A stretch of DNA of 63,750 bases, the filler included, from Octopus bimaculoides (lineage: Eukaryota), in NCBI RefSeq assembly GCF_001194135.2. It is 4 parts of 4 records of this genome, joined end to end, with 100 filler letters (N's around TTAATTAATTAA, not from the genome) between each part and the next. Parts side by side here need not be neighbours in the genome. Positions count along the whole stretch, not along the records: positions 1 to 22,558 come from NC_068991.1; 3 more parts are not named here. One strand, written 5' to 3'. Below are positions 1 through 12,565 of this stretch, piece after piece; the stretch's first letter is position 1; each line of letters starts with the position of its first letter. Made by a program: the position numbers and the translations under genes. The notes beneath the pieces are model-generated. The model ran no database searches and had not been told where the DNA came from. It saw only the letters and a list, made by a program, of their open reading frames with translations.

Positions 1-41
1 ATAAATTTGTGCTTACACTCTTATATGCATATATATATATA

Positions 42-1343
42 CAGGGTGCAGTGAATAAATTGTCATCTAAATTACACAAAAATTAAAATAACACTGACAT
101 TTCATTTTAACAGATATATTTACCAAAATTACATAAAAATATCTTGAAACACTAAAGAGTAAATTTATTCCATAAAATCTTCATTGGCTTCAACCACGGC
201 ACCCAGATGATTTCAGAATCTACTGCAACATTTCTGGATGGTCTCCTTGTTTGCCATAATCCTTGCCTTCAGTTCATCTTTGGTGTTACAAGGAGTTTCA
301 TTGGTCTCTTATTCAACTGTGCTCCACACATAATAATCAAGGGGGTTGTAGTCTGGGGAGTTAGGTGGCCAGATGTTAGGGGTGATGTGGTCGCAGAAAT
401 TGTCTGACAGCCATGACTGGGTTCTCCTGCTTGTGTGGCAGGGTGCAGAGTCCTGTTGCCAGGCATAGGGTCTTCCAGAAGCCTCTCTTTTGAACTAGGG
501 CAGCACTACTTCCTCCAGGCACTTGTAGTAGGCCACTGTGTTGACACTGTGTTGAGTCTGAGGCCATGTGGGAAGATGAATGGAGGTATAACGTTCCCAT
601 CACTAGTGATCACATCAAACACCATGATGTTGACTGGATGTTTGATTTTTATCTCTCTTGGTACATGTTTTGAGGACACAGTAGGCCAACGGTTGCTCTA
701 TGTGTTCACCATCTGATCCTGACTGAAAATTTTTTCTTATGTGAGAAAAGCCAAAACATGTTCGGTTGGAGGGAATACTTGAGTTTGTTCAAAAGCTTCC
801 TAGCATGGTCTTTTCTCTTGTCCTTGATGGCTCGGGATAAAGATTGGTCCTTTTTCATGTTGTACGAGGAATACTGAATGTCTTCATGTATTACCCACCT
901 GATAAGAAACTCAGACACTCCTGTGTCCCTGGCAATGGACTTGATTGACTGGGAGGGATCGTTGTCAATCATGGTCTGGATCTCATCAACAAATTCAAAA
1001 GTTCTTTTCTCATCAGAACAATCAGAGGGAGTTTTCCGAGCTGCCCTACCTTCGTAATCATCATTAGACTCATCCAACTCTTTCCGAATCCACTGCACTG
1101 TCCTCAGATTCACACTCAAACACTCTGAATTATTCATATTGGAGCTTCCGGTGGGAATGCCAAGCAGTACCGCACGTTGTTTCCAAATTTCTGGTAGAGA
1201 GAATTGCATCATGGTGCTGTTTTACTCACAGACAGTGCCCAACTTACCCTTCTACACTGTGTAGTCAACAAAATCAAAAATAAACAATGCGCATGCGTGA
1301 AATTACAAATATAAAATGGCAACAATTTATCCTTCACACCCTG
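42..1343 (-). mobile_element. Full-length but disrupted Tc1/mariner DD37D (maT/Bmmar1-type) DNA transposon
   Basis: TIRs cagggtgcagtgaataaattgtc (from 42, preceded by TA) and caacaatttatccttcacaccctg (ends 1343). Transposase N-terminal half in ORF 706-1212 with a degenerate W-F-S-D-E-K motif region, then frameshifts. The C-terminal QQDSAPCH...WPPNSPDYNPLDY motif has 37-residue D-D spacing. Confidence 0.9.
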
Positions 1344-1924
1344 TGTATATATANNNNNNNNNNNNNNNNNNNNNNNNNNNNNNNNNNNNNNNNNNNNNNN
1401 NNNNNNNNNNNNNNNNNNNNNNNNNNNNNNNNNNNNNNNNNNNNNNNNNNNNNNNNNNNNNNNNNNNNNNNNNNNNNNNNNNNNNNNNNNNNNNNNNNNN
1501 NNNNNNNNNNNNNNNNNNNNNNNNNNNNNNNNNNNNNNNNNNNNNNNNNNNNNNNNNNNNNNNNNNNNNNNNNNNNNNNNNNNNNNNNNNNNNNNNNNNN
1601 NNNNNNNNNNNNNNNNNNNNNNNNNNNNNNNNNNNNNNNNNNNNNNNNNNNNNNNNNNNNNNNNNNNNNNNNNNNNNNNNNNNNNNNNNNNNNNNNNNNN
1701 NNNNNNNNNNNNNNNNNNNNNNNNNNNNNNNNNNNNNNNNNNNNNNNNNNNNNNNNNNNNNNNNNNNNNNNNNNNNNNNNNNNNNNNNNNNNNNNNNNNN
1801 NNNNNNNNNNNNNNNNNNNNNNNNNNNNNNNNNNNNNNNNNNNNNNNNNNNNNNNNNNNNNNNNNNNNNNNNNNNNNNNNNNNNNNNNNNNNNNNNNNNN
1901 NNNNNNNNNNNNNNNNNNNNNNNN

Positions 1925-1986
<62 letters not shown>

Positions 1987-2010
1987 GTGTGTATGTATGT
2001 ATGTATGTAT

Positions 2011-2073
2011 TTGTTCGACTAAAGGTGGTACTCCAGCATGGCCACAGTCAAATGACTGAAATAAGTAAAAGAA
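2011..2073 (+). mobile_element. 3' tail fragment of a SINE
   Basis: ttcgactaaaggtggtactccagcatggccacagtcaaatgactgaaataagtaaaaga matches the reverse complement of the fragment at 28052-28090. Recalled as the tail of a common octopus SINE. Confidence 0.55.
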
Positions 2074-2810
2074 GAAAAGAAGAAAAAGAATATATATATA
2101 AATATATATAATACTCAACAGACATGCTGTTAAAGCAAGTTATGGTGGGTTCCCTAATATAAATGTTCCCAAATTTTCAACCACAATGGAAAAAACAATT
2201 TAAGTAAACCCCCACCACACTACCTACGATGAAGCCTCAGATCCCCTAAACACTGTACTTTAATCAACAAATGCCTTTAGAATAAACTGGTATAGAGACA
2301 TTGCCAATGTAGATGGAACAATAAAAACTTGTATTAGTCTCACAGGAAACATCTTTAAGAAAAGATGCACACAATTTATAGTTTCTCTCAAGAATAGAAG
2401 AAAATATAATATGACTTTATTATCCAAATTTATATGGAGACTTAATGACTGTAGTGTATCTATTCCACTAATAAACTAGAGCATTGTTGCTAAAATCAAT
2501 AAATGTAATAAACAGAGCAGACAATGTCCATGATTTACAGAGAAGCTAAAAGTAATTATCTTACCAGTAATTTACTTTGTATAAAGAAAGTGAACATTAC
2601 ACCAAAGTGCATGTGAGTTTAGAGGGAGAAGATAAGCACATGTTTCCTCTGGAGGTGGCTGGTGGAGATCCAGGGCTGGGGTCCAAGCCTAAGACCAAGA
2701 GGTGTTAAACAATGTAGTCGATGGAGTGGAAATATTGAGACACAGGCAAACTCTTGCCAAGTTCAATGCTCCTGAACTGGTCTGCACACCAGTTGAAAAC
2801 ACACACGTAC

Positions 2811-2857
<47 letters not shown>

Positions 2858-2861
<4 letters not shown>

Positions 2862-4030
2862 GTGTTCAGACTAAATTTGACGATTTTTATGTCTCTTTTT
2901 ATCTGGAATAGCTTGATGTATTGGTGAAAAGTCAATGGCATTGAGAGCATAAAGGTCAAAGTTGAAGTTGAAAACAAATTAGCTGATATAGAGGACTGAA
3001 AATCACTTGCTTCATGATGATTTAAGGCAGGTGTCAAAATGCCAGCATCAAGACTACTGCCCAATGCTCTGTGAATACTATAAGGCTGTGGGAAGGGACA
3101 AGGATAGCTGCAACAGAGACTACAACACTGTGACCAGCAGAAAGGGACATAACAGGCGTTCTGACTAGAATTCATCCAATAGTAGCAGCACAAGATGATG
3201 GAAGATCTAAGCAAGGGAATCCAGGCTTTGATGTGAGAGATGGGGGATAGCATCACCACCATGAAACTGGCCCTGAATGAGGACCTTTGCAAACAAACAC
3301 TCATGCAAGAAGTACAATGGACAAATTCCGACAGCCAAGGCCAAGGAGAACCGTTTGACGAAGGCAAAGAAGCTCCTAAACAAGCTAAGTTGTCTTGTTG
3401 AGCCAAGGATGTTCTGGTTCTTCTCAGATGAAAATAATTTTGCCAGAACCAGTAACACAACACCCAGAACAACAGGTAATTTGCCTACAATCCATGTGGT
3501 GTTTCACATATAAAACTCTGACGGTTTTGGGGTGTGTCTCTGATGATGGTGATGTCATGCCACCCCACGTCTCTGAACATGGCCTTTGGCTCAATTCAGA
3601 TGACTATCTAAAGCTGCTTAAGACTGTGGTCAAACCCTGGCTGGAGAAGGTTGCTGCTGGATGGCCATATGTATGGCAGCAGGATTCAACTCCTTGCCAT
3701 GCCTCAGGAAAGAGTCAAAAGTGGTTGCCAGAGAATTTCTGCGACTTCATCAGTTCCAATTTCTGGCCACCTAATTGCCCCAACTGTAATCCCATGGATT
3801 ATTATGTGTAGGGTATGGTCGAGAAAGACACCAACTGCTCTGTCTGCAACACCAAAATCTGAGTTGGTCACCAAGATCAAGGAAGTTTTCTAAGATCTTT
3901 TCAGACACAGTTAGGAATGCATGTGCCAGGTTCTTCCAGAGCCATTTTGCATCTGTGCTGGAAGCTGAACCTGACTACTTTGACTAAACTCTCCCAGCCA
4001 TAATCTTGTTGATATTATTTTTATTTTTTA
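2858..4030 (+). mobile_element. Second DD37D (maT) transposon, different subfamily, degenerate
   Basis: Left end cagggtgttcagactaaatttgacg. ORFs 3277-3513 (WFFSDENNF) and 3395-3811 (WQQDSTPCH...FWPPNCPNCNPMDYYV, 37 residues between the Ds). Right TIR lost in the poly-G/N gap. Confidence 0.85.
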
Positions 4031-4279
4031 AGATAATTTTATTTTTGGATGAGATATTGTGGGGGGGGGGGGGGNNNNNNNNNNNNNNNNNNNNNNNNNN
4101 NNNNNNNNNNNNNNNNNNGGGGGGGGGGGGGTTCCGCTTTTATGCAAATTGTCGAATATGACCCAAACACCCTGCATATAAGAAGTGGATTCTGAACTGC
4201 TTCATAAATGGCAAAACCAGACATGAACTCACAAAAATTGCAAAGTACAATGACAACAGTAACATTTTCTCTCTCTTCC

Positions 4280-4500
4280 TTTCTATTGCTCTCTCTGTCT
4301 CTCTCTCTCTTCCTTTCTATCGCTCTCTCTCTCTCTCTCTCTATTGCTCTCTCTCTCTCTCTCTCTCTCTTCATTCTATTGCTCTCTTTCTCTCTCCCTC
4401 TCTTCATTCTATTGCTCTCTTTCTCTCTCTCTCTCTTCATTCTATTGCTCTCTTTCTCTCTCTCTCTCTTCATTCTATTGCTCTCTTTCTCTCTCAATCT
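4280..4500. repeat. (CT)-rich minisatellite, roughly 30-bp unit ctctcttcattctattgctctctttctctct
   Basis: Several near-identical units visible directly. Confidence 0.85.
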
Positions 4501-5096
4501 TTTTCTCTCCAGTCTATTCCTGCCTTTTATCACTTTTACCCTTTAAGTAATTTGTTCCACTTTCACCTCTTGTAGTCATCTGTCTTTCCTTTCTCAATTG
4601 TCAAGTCAGACATTTCTTTTTCCTATCTGTTTAGTTGAAGAACCTCATTCTATTTTCTGTTGGTGTTACTTCGTATACACCCTTGACATTTTTGAGCAAA
4701 ATAACAGTCTACCTTCCTTCTTTGACTTTTGTGCCAGTGGTGTTTCATCATTTTGTCCTACAATGTCTCTCTGGTAGCACCAGCTTTCATTAATGGCACC
4801 AGTAAGATGAGTAGTTCTGTCAAAAGGGGTCAAAACCACAGTGAGGTTTAACTGAAGAGATTATTTACTACTATGCTTTTTTCCTTATTTTTTCCTATCA
4901 TATTTATTTTTGAATTTCAATGTCAAACTTTTCCACTCGCTACAGCTGGTATTTTGTCACAGAATGGAAAAACCATTCACAGTTGCAAGTTTAGCTTCAA
5001 CAGAGAATTTTTCGTCCTTGAGTTTTTCCTGTCCTGCAATTTTTATGAACTTGTATTTTTCTCCTTTTTGTGCATGTGTGTGTGTATGTGTGCGCA

Positions 5097-5138
<42 letters not shown>

Positions 5139-5363
5139 ATTACAGTATAGTTATGCCTCAATAAGAATAGCTTGGGTGTGAAAATGCAGGCACAAATTTG
5201 TGAGTAGAAATTTCAGAGAAAAAATGTCATTTTTACAAAATGTGTTGGAATATTGAAAAAATGGTTGAGGACAAAGAAAGATATTTTGAATGAATATCAG
5301 AAGAACAAATCCAGGAATAAGAACATTAACAGCAATAACTAGAACACTAATGGGATGATGATG

Positions 5364-5540
5364 ATGATGATGAGGAGGAGGAGGAGGAGGAGGAGGAGGA
5401 GGAGGAGGATGATGACAATGAAGATGATGATAACGATGAAGATGATGACGATGATAATGATGATGACGACGACGATGATGATGATGAGGAGGGGGAGGAG
5501 GATGGTAGTAGTAATAATAATAATAACAACAACAACAATG

Positions 5541-5580
<40 letters not shown>

Positions 5581-5582
5581 TG

Positions 5583-5644
<62 letters not shown>

Positions 5645-5645
5645 A
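5364..5645. repeat. Compound trinucleotide microsatellite (GAT)n(GAG)n(GAT/GAC)n(AAT)n
   Basis: Direct inspection. Confidence 0.95.
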
Positions 5646-5685
5646 AGCGCAGCAGTAACAATAATCTATCTATCAGGCCAGTTAC

Positions 5686-5868
5686 CTGTAAATTGTTTTG
5701 CAATTTACTGATTTACCGATTCTCTCTTTGGAGACAAACGAAAGCTGAAACATTAGAAAAATTGACAAGAAATGCAAGAATGAGAAGAGAAAGAAATTGT
5801 GATGCTTGCTGAACTTTGAAATATAAATTTCTCTTTGGCTAAAACTAATATTTCTCCTTGAATGGGTT
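5686..5868 (-). CDS. Candidate 183-nt internal exon (phase 2-2) of an unidentified minus-strand gene
   Basis: Strong acceptor ttttcctttgtttcttcttgcag, donor CAG|gtaact, length divisible by 3, one open frame (THSRRNISFSQREIYISKF...KTIY). No homology recognised. Confidence 0.3.
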
Positions 5869-6354
5869 CTGCAAGAAGAAACAAAGGAAAATTGAGATGG
5901 TGGAGGTGGAGGTGGAGGTGATGGTGGTGGTGGTGGTGGTGGTNNNNNNNNNNNNNNNNNNNNNNNNNNNNNNNNNNNNNNNNNNNNNNNNNNNNNNNNN
6001 NNNNNNNNNNNNNNNNNNNNNNNNNNNNNNNNNNNNNNNNNNNNNNNNNNNNNNNNNNNNNNNNNNNNNNNNNNNNNNNNNNNNNNNNNNNNNNNNNNNN
6101 NNNNNNNNNNNNNNNNNNNNNNNNNNNNNNNNNNNNNNNNNNNNNNNNNNNNNNNNNNNNNNNNNNNNNNNNNNNNNNNNNNNNNNNNNNNNNNNNNNNN
6201 NNNNNNNNNNNNNNNNNNNNNNNNNNNNNNNNNNNNNNNNNNNNNNNNNNNNNNNNNNNNNNNNNNNNNNNNNNNNNNNNNNNNNNNNNNNNNNNNNNNN
6301 NNNNNNNNNNNNNNNNNNNNNNNNNNNNNNNNNNNNNNNNNNNNNNNNNNNNNN

Positions 6355-6411
<57 letters not shown>

Positions 6412-6653
6412 CATATATATATATACACATATATATATATAAACACACATGCACACACACACACATATATATATATATACATACATATAGTGCTAAACTT
6501 ATTGATGATAATACACTGACATGTATGTGTGTATACATACACACACATATATATATGTATGCATGTACATGCATATTATATGTATATATACATATAATTA
6601 ATTACATATTATATATGTGTGTGTATTTATATATACATATATACGCATATATA

Positions 6654-6718
<65 letters not shown>

Positions 6719-6948
6719 GTGCAGGTATGTGCATGTATTTAATAGTTTCCTTTAAATTAAGTTTTGCAACCATTTGGCCATTTATTCAGAAAAGATGCAC
6801 CCTGAACTACACGCAGATTCATAGTTGAGTGCTGCTCATTCTTGTAAAACAAATGTTGTTCTCTGGAGCATGATACTGAGCTTGGAGATGATATTAAAAA
6901 CTATAAACACACATATATACATATATATATAAACACACATACATACAT

Positions 6949-6987
<39 letters not shown>

Positions 6988-7409
6988 CATACACACACAT
7001 ATATACATATATATTTCACATTCTATAGATATGCATGTGTGTAATATATTTATATGTGTGTATGTATATATGTATATGTGTGTGTGTGTTTGTGTGTGTG
7101 TGTATGTATATATGTATATGTGTGTGTGTTTGTGTGTGTGTGTATGTATGTCTGTATATATATTCATTTGTGCATACATACATAGACATACATGTATACG
7201 ACCGTTTGTCAGTGTATATATGTATATATAGACATACATACATGTGTGTGTGTATGATGTGTATGTATATACATATGTATGTATGCATGCATATGCACAG
7301 ATGCAGACATAGACACAAACACGTACGTGCACACACACACATACACACATACACTTCACATTTCCTCTGTATCAATCAATGCAATCATCTCAATTCTATA
7401 TCAAAACAG

Positions 7410-7625
7410 ATTGAAGATAAATATAGTTTTTACAAGAAGAAACCAAAATATGCAAAGAAGAAACAGATTGTGAACATAATGTACGAACTATGTCAGAAGC
7501 ACCAGGACAGTGCAACCATCTGCGTCTACAACAACCCTTTCCCTGATCTGAACAACAGATATGGTACAGGAGAATCAGCTGTCGCTCGCTATATACCAGG
7601 CTACAACTCAAACTCAGGCTTACCG
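7410..7625 (+). CDS. Candidate 216-nt internal exon (phase 0-0), 72 aa, unassigned
   Basis: Acceptor ctatatcaaaacag, donor CCG|gtcagt. Single open frame IEDKYSFYKKKPKYAKKKQIVNIMYELCQKHQDSATICVYNNPFPDLNNRYGTGESAVARYIPGYNSNSGLP, with many C-ending codons against an AT-rich background. Confidence 0.45.
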
Positions 7626-7837
7626 GTCAGTACAGTCACATTATATCATTTCTCTAATCCATTTTGTATGCTCTGTTTCTTGTAAATATTTCTTGTATGT
7701 GTGTGTCTGTGTGTGTGTGTGTGTGTACATATATATATATATGTGTGTGTGGGGTGTGAGTGTATGTTTATATATATATGTATATATATGCATATATGCA
7801 TATATGTATATATATGTATATCATACATATATACATA

Positions 7838-7910
7838 GGCGTAGGAGTGGCTGTCTGGTGAGTAGCTTGCTCACCAACCACATGGTTCACGCTTCAGTCT
7901 CACTGCCTGT
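7838..7910 (+). mobile_element. tRNA-derived SINE head, truncated
   Basis: ggcgtaggagtggctgtctggtgagtagcttgc...ggttcacgcttcagtctcactgc has A-box-like and B-box-like segments. Confidence 0.6.
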
Positions 7911-8699
7911 TCAGTCCATGTCTCTTTTCATTTGACGCCCACTTCAAAAGATCCCCTTTCCCCAAAACACATATTAAAAAAATATTTTCACTTGTCCGGC
8001 CACTGATCGAGAGATAAAACACAAACCATCTGCTGCTGACTGCAAAACTCCTGCCAAATTAGCTGCAAAAAACACATGCATACATACACACACACGTCCA
8101 TTTCATGTCTTTCACTTTCTCTATGGTTATACACACGTCCAATACAATAGCTCTCACATACATTTTCGTCTTCAACAGGTATGTACCTATTCTATAATAT
8201 AAATTGTTTTCCTATAAGCATATAACAATTACTTATTCCATACTTCTTCACTTAGCTTTTATCTTCACTTTTCTTAAATTGGATACGTCTGCTATTAATT
8301 CTTATATACAATTTCCCCATTAATTCTTACAGCTTCATTTTCTGTTAAAGCAATTCTAAACGTCAACTTCTTAATGCCTCTTCTATTTTTTCCTAGCCCC
8401 CATACTTACCGAGAACAGCGATTAGAACTTTTTCTAATGCAATTCGAGGAGGGGNNNNNNNNNNNNNNNNNNNNNNNNNNNNNNNNNNNNNNNNNNNNNN
8501 NNNNNNNNNNNNNNNNNNNNNNNNNNNNNNNNNNNNNNNNNNNNNNNNNNNNNNNNNNNNNNNNNNNNNNNNNNNNNNNNNNNNNNNNNNNNNNNNNNNN
8601 NNNNNNNNNNNNNNNNNNNNNNNNNNNNNNNNNNNNNNNNNNNNNNNNNNNNNNNNNNNNNNNNNNNNNNNNNNNNNNNNNNNNNNNNNNNNNNNNNAT

Positions 8700-9195
8700 C
8701 ATCATTGTGTAACGTCCGCTTTCCATGCTAGCATGGGTTGGACGATTTGACTGAGGACTGGTGAACTGGATGGCTGCACCAGGCTCCAATCTGATGTGGC
8801 AGAGTTTCTACAGCTGGATGGCCTTCCTAACGCCAACCACTCCCAGAGTGTAGTGGGTGCTTTTATGTGCCACCGACACGCGGGCCAGTCAGGCGGTACT
8901 GGCAACAACCAAGCTCAAAATGGTGTTTTTTACGAGCCACCTGCACAAGAGCCAGTCCAGTGGCACTGGCAACGACCTCGCTCGAATGTTTTCTAACGTG
9001 CCACCGGCACAAGTGCCAGTAAGGTGATGCTGGTAACAATCACGCTTGAATGGTGCTATTTACATGCCACTGGCATGAAAGCCAGACAGCTGCTCTGGCA
9101 ATGATCACACTCAGACGGTGCTGTTAGCGCTCCACTGGCACAGGTGCCAGTCATCGAATATGGTTCAATTACGATTTCGATTTCGATTTCACCTC
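8700..9195 (-). mobile_element. 5'-truncated RTE-type LINE 3' UTR (or RTE-tailed SINE)
   Basis: Minus strand reads ...gttggcgttaggaaggccatccagctgtagaaac...ccatgctagcatggaaagcggacgttacacaatgatgat. The same family occurs at 12298, 15470, 61470 and 61890, each ending in (GAT)n. Confidence 0.7.
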
Positions 9196-9252
9196 ATTGT
9201 TATTATTAACAGCTGTGAATCTGATTCTTATTTCAATGTTGACTTCTGTAGG

Positions 9253-9445
9253 AAGGCGGTGAGCTGGCAGAAATGCTAGCATGCCATACAAAGTACTTAG
9301 CAGTATTTCGCCCATCGCTACGTTCTGAGTTTGACTTTCATCCTTTCGGGGTTGATAAATTAAGTACCAGTTGCACACTGTGGTTGATCAAATTGACTGG
9401 CTCCACCCCGCAAAATTTCAGGCCTTGTGCCTAGAGCAGAAAAGT
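9253..9445 (+). mobile_element. tRNA-derived SINE (aaggcggcgagctggcagaa family), copy 1 of a tandem pair
   Basis: Head aaggcggtgagctggcagaa, central ctttcatcctttcggggttgataaattaagtaccag, tail ggccttgtgcctagagcagaaaag. Confidence 0.85.
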
Positions 9446-9451
9446 ATTTTT

Positions 9452-9665
9452 AAGGTGGTGAGCTGGCAGAAATGTTAACACAACAGGCAAAATGCTTAGC
9501 GGTATTTTGTCTGTCTACATTCTGAGTTCAAATTCTGCCGAGGTCGACTTTGCATTTCATCCTTTTGGGGTCAATAAATTAAGTACCAGTTGCGTACTGG
9601 GGTCGATCTAATTGATTGGCCCCCTACCCAGAAATGTTGGGCCTTGTGCCAAGAGTAGCAAAAAA
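9452..9665 (+). mobile_element. Same SINE family, copy 2 (CpG-decayed)
   Basis: Aligns along its length to the copies at 34010, 38770 and 57610, with many CpG changed to TpG/CpA. Confidence 0.85.
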
Positions 9666-9771
9666 AGAAAAAAGAATATTGACTTCTGCAGGATGAAAAC
9701 TCAGGAGATAAGGGTGATGAAGGTGGTGGTGGTGGTGGTGGTGATAAGGATAATAGTGGCAGTGATGATGG

Positions 9772-9807
<36 letters not shown>

Positions 9808-10157
9808 CAATGGTGATGAATTTTCTGGTCATGTCCATGGTGGTTATGCTGATGGCAGTGGTCATGGCAATCGTGGGTGGGGCAGCAAGGGGTGGTGTTT
9901 GGAGCCACAGAAACTCTAGCAGCTTATTGACCTTCTGTGTGAAAATACCATTTCTGTTAAACCGTTAGTGTTCAAAGGTCAGCAAAGACACCCTTGTAGT
10001 CTTGGAGAATCAATGATAAGGAAGGAGGGGGAGCAGGAGAGAGGGAGAGGATGAGAGAGGGAGAGAGGGGGAGAGGAAGAGAGAGGGGGGGAGAGGGAGG
10101 ATAGGGAAGGAAATAAAGAAAGGAAGAAAGGAACATGTATAAATATAGAAAGATAAT

Positions 10158-10197
<40 letters not shown>

Positions 10198-10198
10198 G

Positions 10199-10234
<36 letters not shown>

Positions 10235-10707
10235 TAGGTAATGATAGAGACGTGGATAAATCCTTCTTGGTTTCATAGAATTAGATAAACACTGGCAAGA
10301 GTCAATTCATCTTTCATCTCTTTGACCTTTTCCCTTGATTACCTTATCTTCCTTGTGCAACTTTCTTCACTCTCCAAACCCATTATACACTTTTCTCCTC
10401 CCTCCCTACTTTACTTTCCTTCTTTCTTTTACTTGTTTGGCCTCCAGTTTTTTACTCCTTTTTTTGTTTCTTATTTGTTTGTTTGTTGTACTTTTAAGAA
10501 ATTCTTGAAGATATTTTCCTTTCACACTATCATTCCTTGGTTATTATTTCCTTGTCATCATTCCTCTGTTATCATTCTTTCTCTTTCTCCCTTTTGCTCC
10601 CTTTTCTCTTCTTTTGTCTTTCCTTTAATCCCAGTTGTAAATCTCTTTCTTTCTTGTCACTTTCTTTTTCTTTCTCTCTCTCTCTCTCCCCTCTTCTTCT
10701 TCTTCTT

Positions 10708-10788
<81 letters not shown>

Positions 10789-10790
<2 letters not shown>

Positions 10791-10920
10791 GGCTGCGAAC
10801 TGGCAGAAACGTTAGCATGCCTGGCGAAATGCTTAGCGGTATTTCATGTCTTTACATTCTGAGTTCAAATTCCACCGAGGTCAACTTTGCCTTTCATCCT
10901 TTTGGGGTTGATAAATTAAT
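10789..10920 (+). mobile_element. Same SINE family, 3'-truncated, following a (TTC)n(TTA)n tract
   Basis: aaggctgcgaactggcagaaacgttagc...ttgataaatt, then an abrupt junction to the DD37D fragment. Confidence 0.85.
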
Positions 10921-11467
10921 AATAATCAGGGGGGTTGCAGTCTGGGGAGTTAGGTGACCAGATGTTAGGGGTGATGTGGTCGCAGAAATTGTCTGACAGC
11001 CATGACTGGATTCTCCTGCTTGTGTGGCAGGGTGCAGAGTCCTGTTGCCAGACATAGGGTCTTCCAGCAGCCACCCTCTTCACCCAGGGTAGCAGTACCT
11101 CCTCCAGGCACTTGAGGTAGGCCTCTGCTTTGAGTCTGAGGACGTGCGGGGAGATGAATGGAGGCATAATGTCACCATCAGCAGTGATCACTCCAAACAC
11201 CATGATGTTGACTGGATATTTGATTTTTATCACTCTCGGTACATGTCCTCAGATTGACATCCAAACACTCTGAAATGGAGCTTCTGATGTGAATGCCAAG
11301 CAACACAGCATCTCGTTTCCAAATTTTTGGCAGAGTCAATGGTGTTCTTTTTCTCACAGATGGTGCCCACCTGACCCTACTATTCTGTGTAGTCGACAAA
11401 ATCAAAAACGATGCACACGTGTGAAATAAAAATTATAAAATGGGGACAATATACCCATTGCACCCTG
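10921..11467 (-). mobile_element. Internally deleted DD37D copy of the 42-1343 family
   Basis: ORF 10916-11233 contains WQQDSAPCHTSRRIQSWLSDNFCDHITPNIWSPNSPDCNPPDYY (D37D). One TIR ends caccctg at 11467. About 430 bp missing at 11246/11247 relative to copy 1. Confidence 0.85.
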
Positions 11468-12260
11468 CATATGTGTGTGTGTGTGTGTGTGCACAGAGTA
11501 AGAGGGTGGGAGACATCTGATATATGGACAGATTTTTTTAATAACACTTTTTATAGATTTTTAATATTTATTGTATGTAATATCAATATTTATATGTAAT
11601 AAATACAAGGCAATAAAAGAGGGAATATCTTTGTTGAATTAAACATTTTACATTACATATGTGTATATTATCTGTGGTTTCCCACATACACACACACACA
11701 CATATATNNNNNNNNNNNNNNNNNNNNNNNNNNNNNNNNNNNNNNNNNNNNNNNNNNNNNNNNNNNNNNNNNNNNNNNNNNNNNNNNNNNNNNNNNNNNN
11801 NNNNNNNNNNNNNNNNNNNNNNNNNNNNNNNNNNNNNNNNNNNNNNNNNNNNNNNNNNNNNNNNNNNNNNNNNNNNNNNNNNNNNNNNNNNNNNNNNNNN
11901 NNNNNNNNNNNNNNNNNNNNNNNNNNNNNNNNNNNNNNNNNNNNNNNNNNNNNNNNNNNNNNNNNNNNNNNNNNNNNNNNNNNNNNNNNNNNNNNNNNNN
12001 NNNNNNNNNNNNNNNNNNNNNNNNNNNNNNNNNNNNNNNNNNNNNNNNNNNNNNNNNNNNNNNNNNNNNNNNNNNNNNNNNNNNNNNNNNNNNNNNNNNN
12101 NNNNNNNNNNNNNNNNNNNNNNNNNNNNNNNNNNNNNNNCAACATATGTTTCGAAGATTACAAATTATACCTTCCGTAAGAATCGGTGATGTTGTTAAGA
12201 ATGTAATCTTCTCTTCAGGGAAATGCATGGGAACCAGCTTAAACGTAAGACATTTTAACC

Positions 12261-12297
<37 letters not shown>

Positions 12298-12298
<1 letters not shown>

Positions 12299-12410
12299 TC
12301 GTCATCATCATCATCATCATTTAATGTCCATCTTCCATGCATGCATGGGTAGGACTGTTCACAGGAGCTGACCAGGTAGAATACTGCCCCAGGCTACTGT
12401 GTCTGTTTTG
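12298..12410 (-). mobile_element. RTE-type 3' tail fragment ending in (GAT)n
   Basis: catcatcatttaatgtccatcttccatgcatgcatgggtaggactg resembles the 8700 and 61470 copies. Confidence 0.55.
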
Positions 12411-12519
12411 GCAGAGTATACATATAAATGTGTGGGACATGAAACCTTGGGTAACCCTACGAACCAGTCATAACAAACATTCTCTTAACAAATATATATA
12501 TATATATGGGTATGTGGGT

Positions 12520-12565
<46 letters not shown>

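Noticed and set aside
1287-2118. Long ORFs spanning N runs (also 5682-6574, 11648-12342, 17276-18162, 34550-35202, 60092-61116, 62814-63344)
   Set aside because: They are open only because N codons are not stops; these are assembly gaps.
5347-5711. Poly-amino-acid and YI/CV/HT-repeat ORFs (also 6901-7375, 9571-9968, 19393-19825, 26091-26471, 29608-30153)
   Set aside because: Translations of di- and trinucleotide microsatellites, with no splice or homology support.
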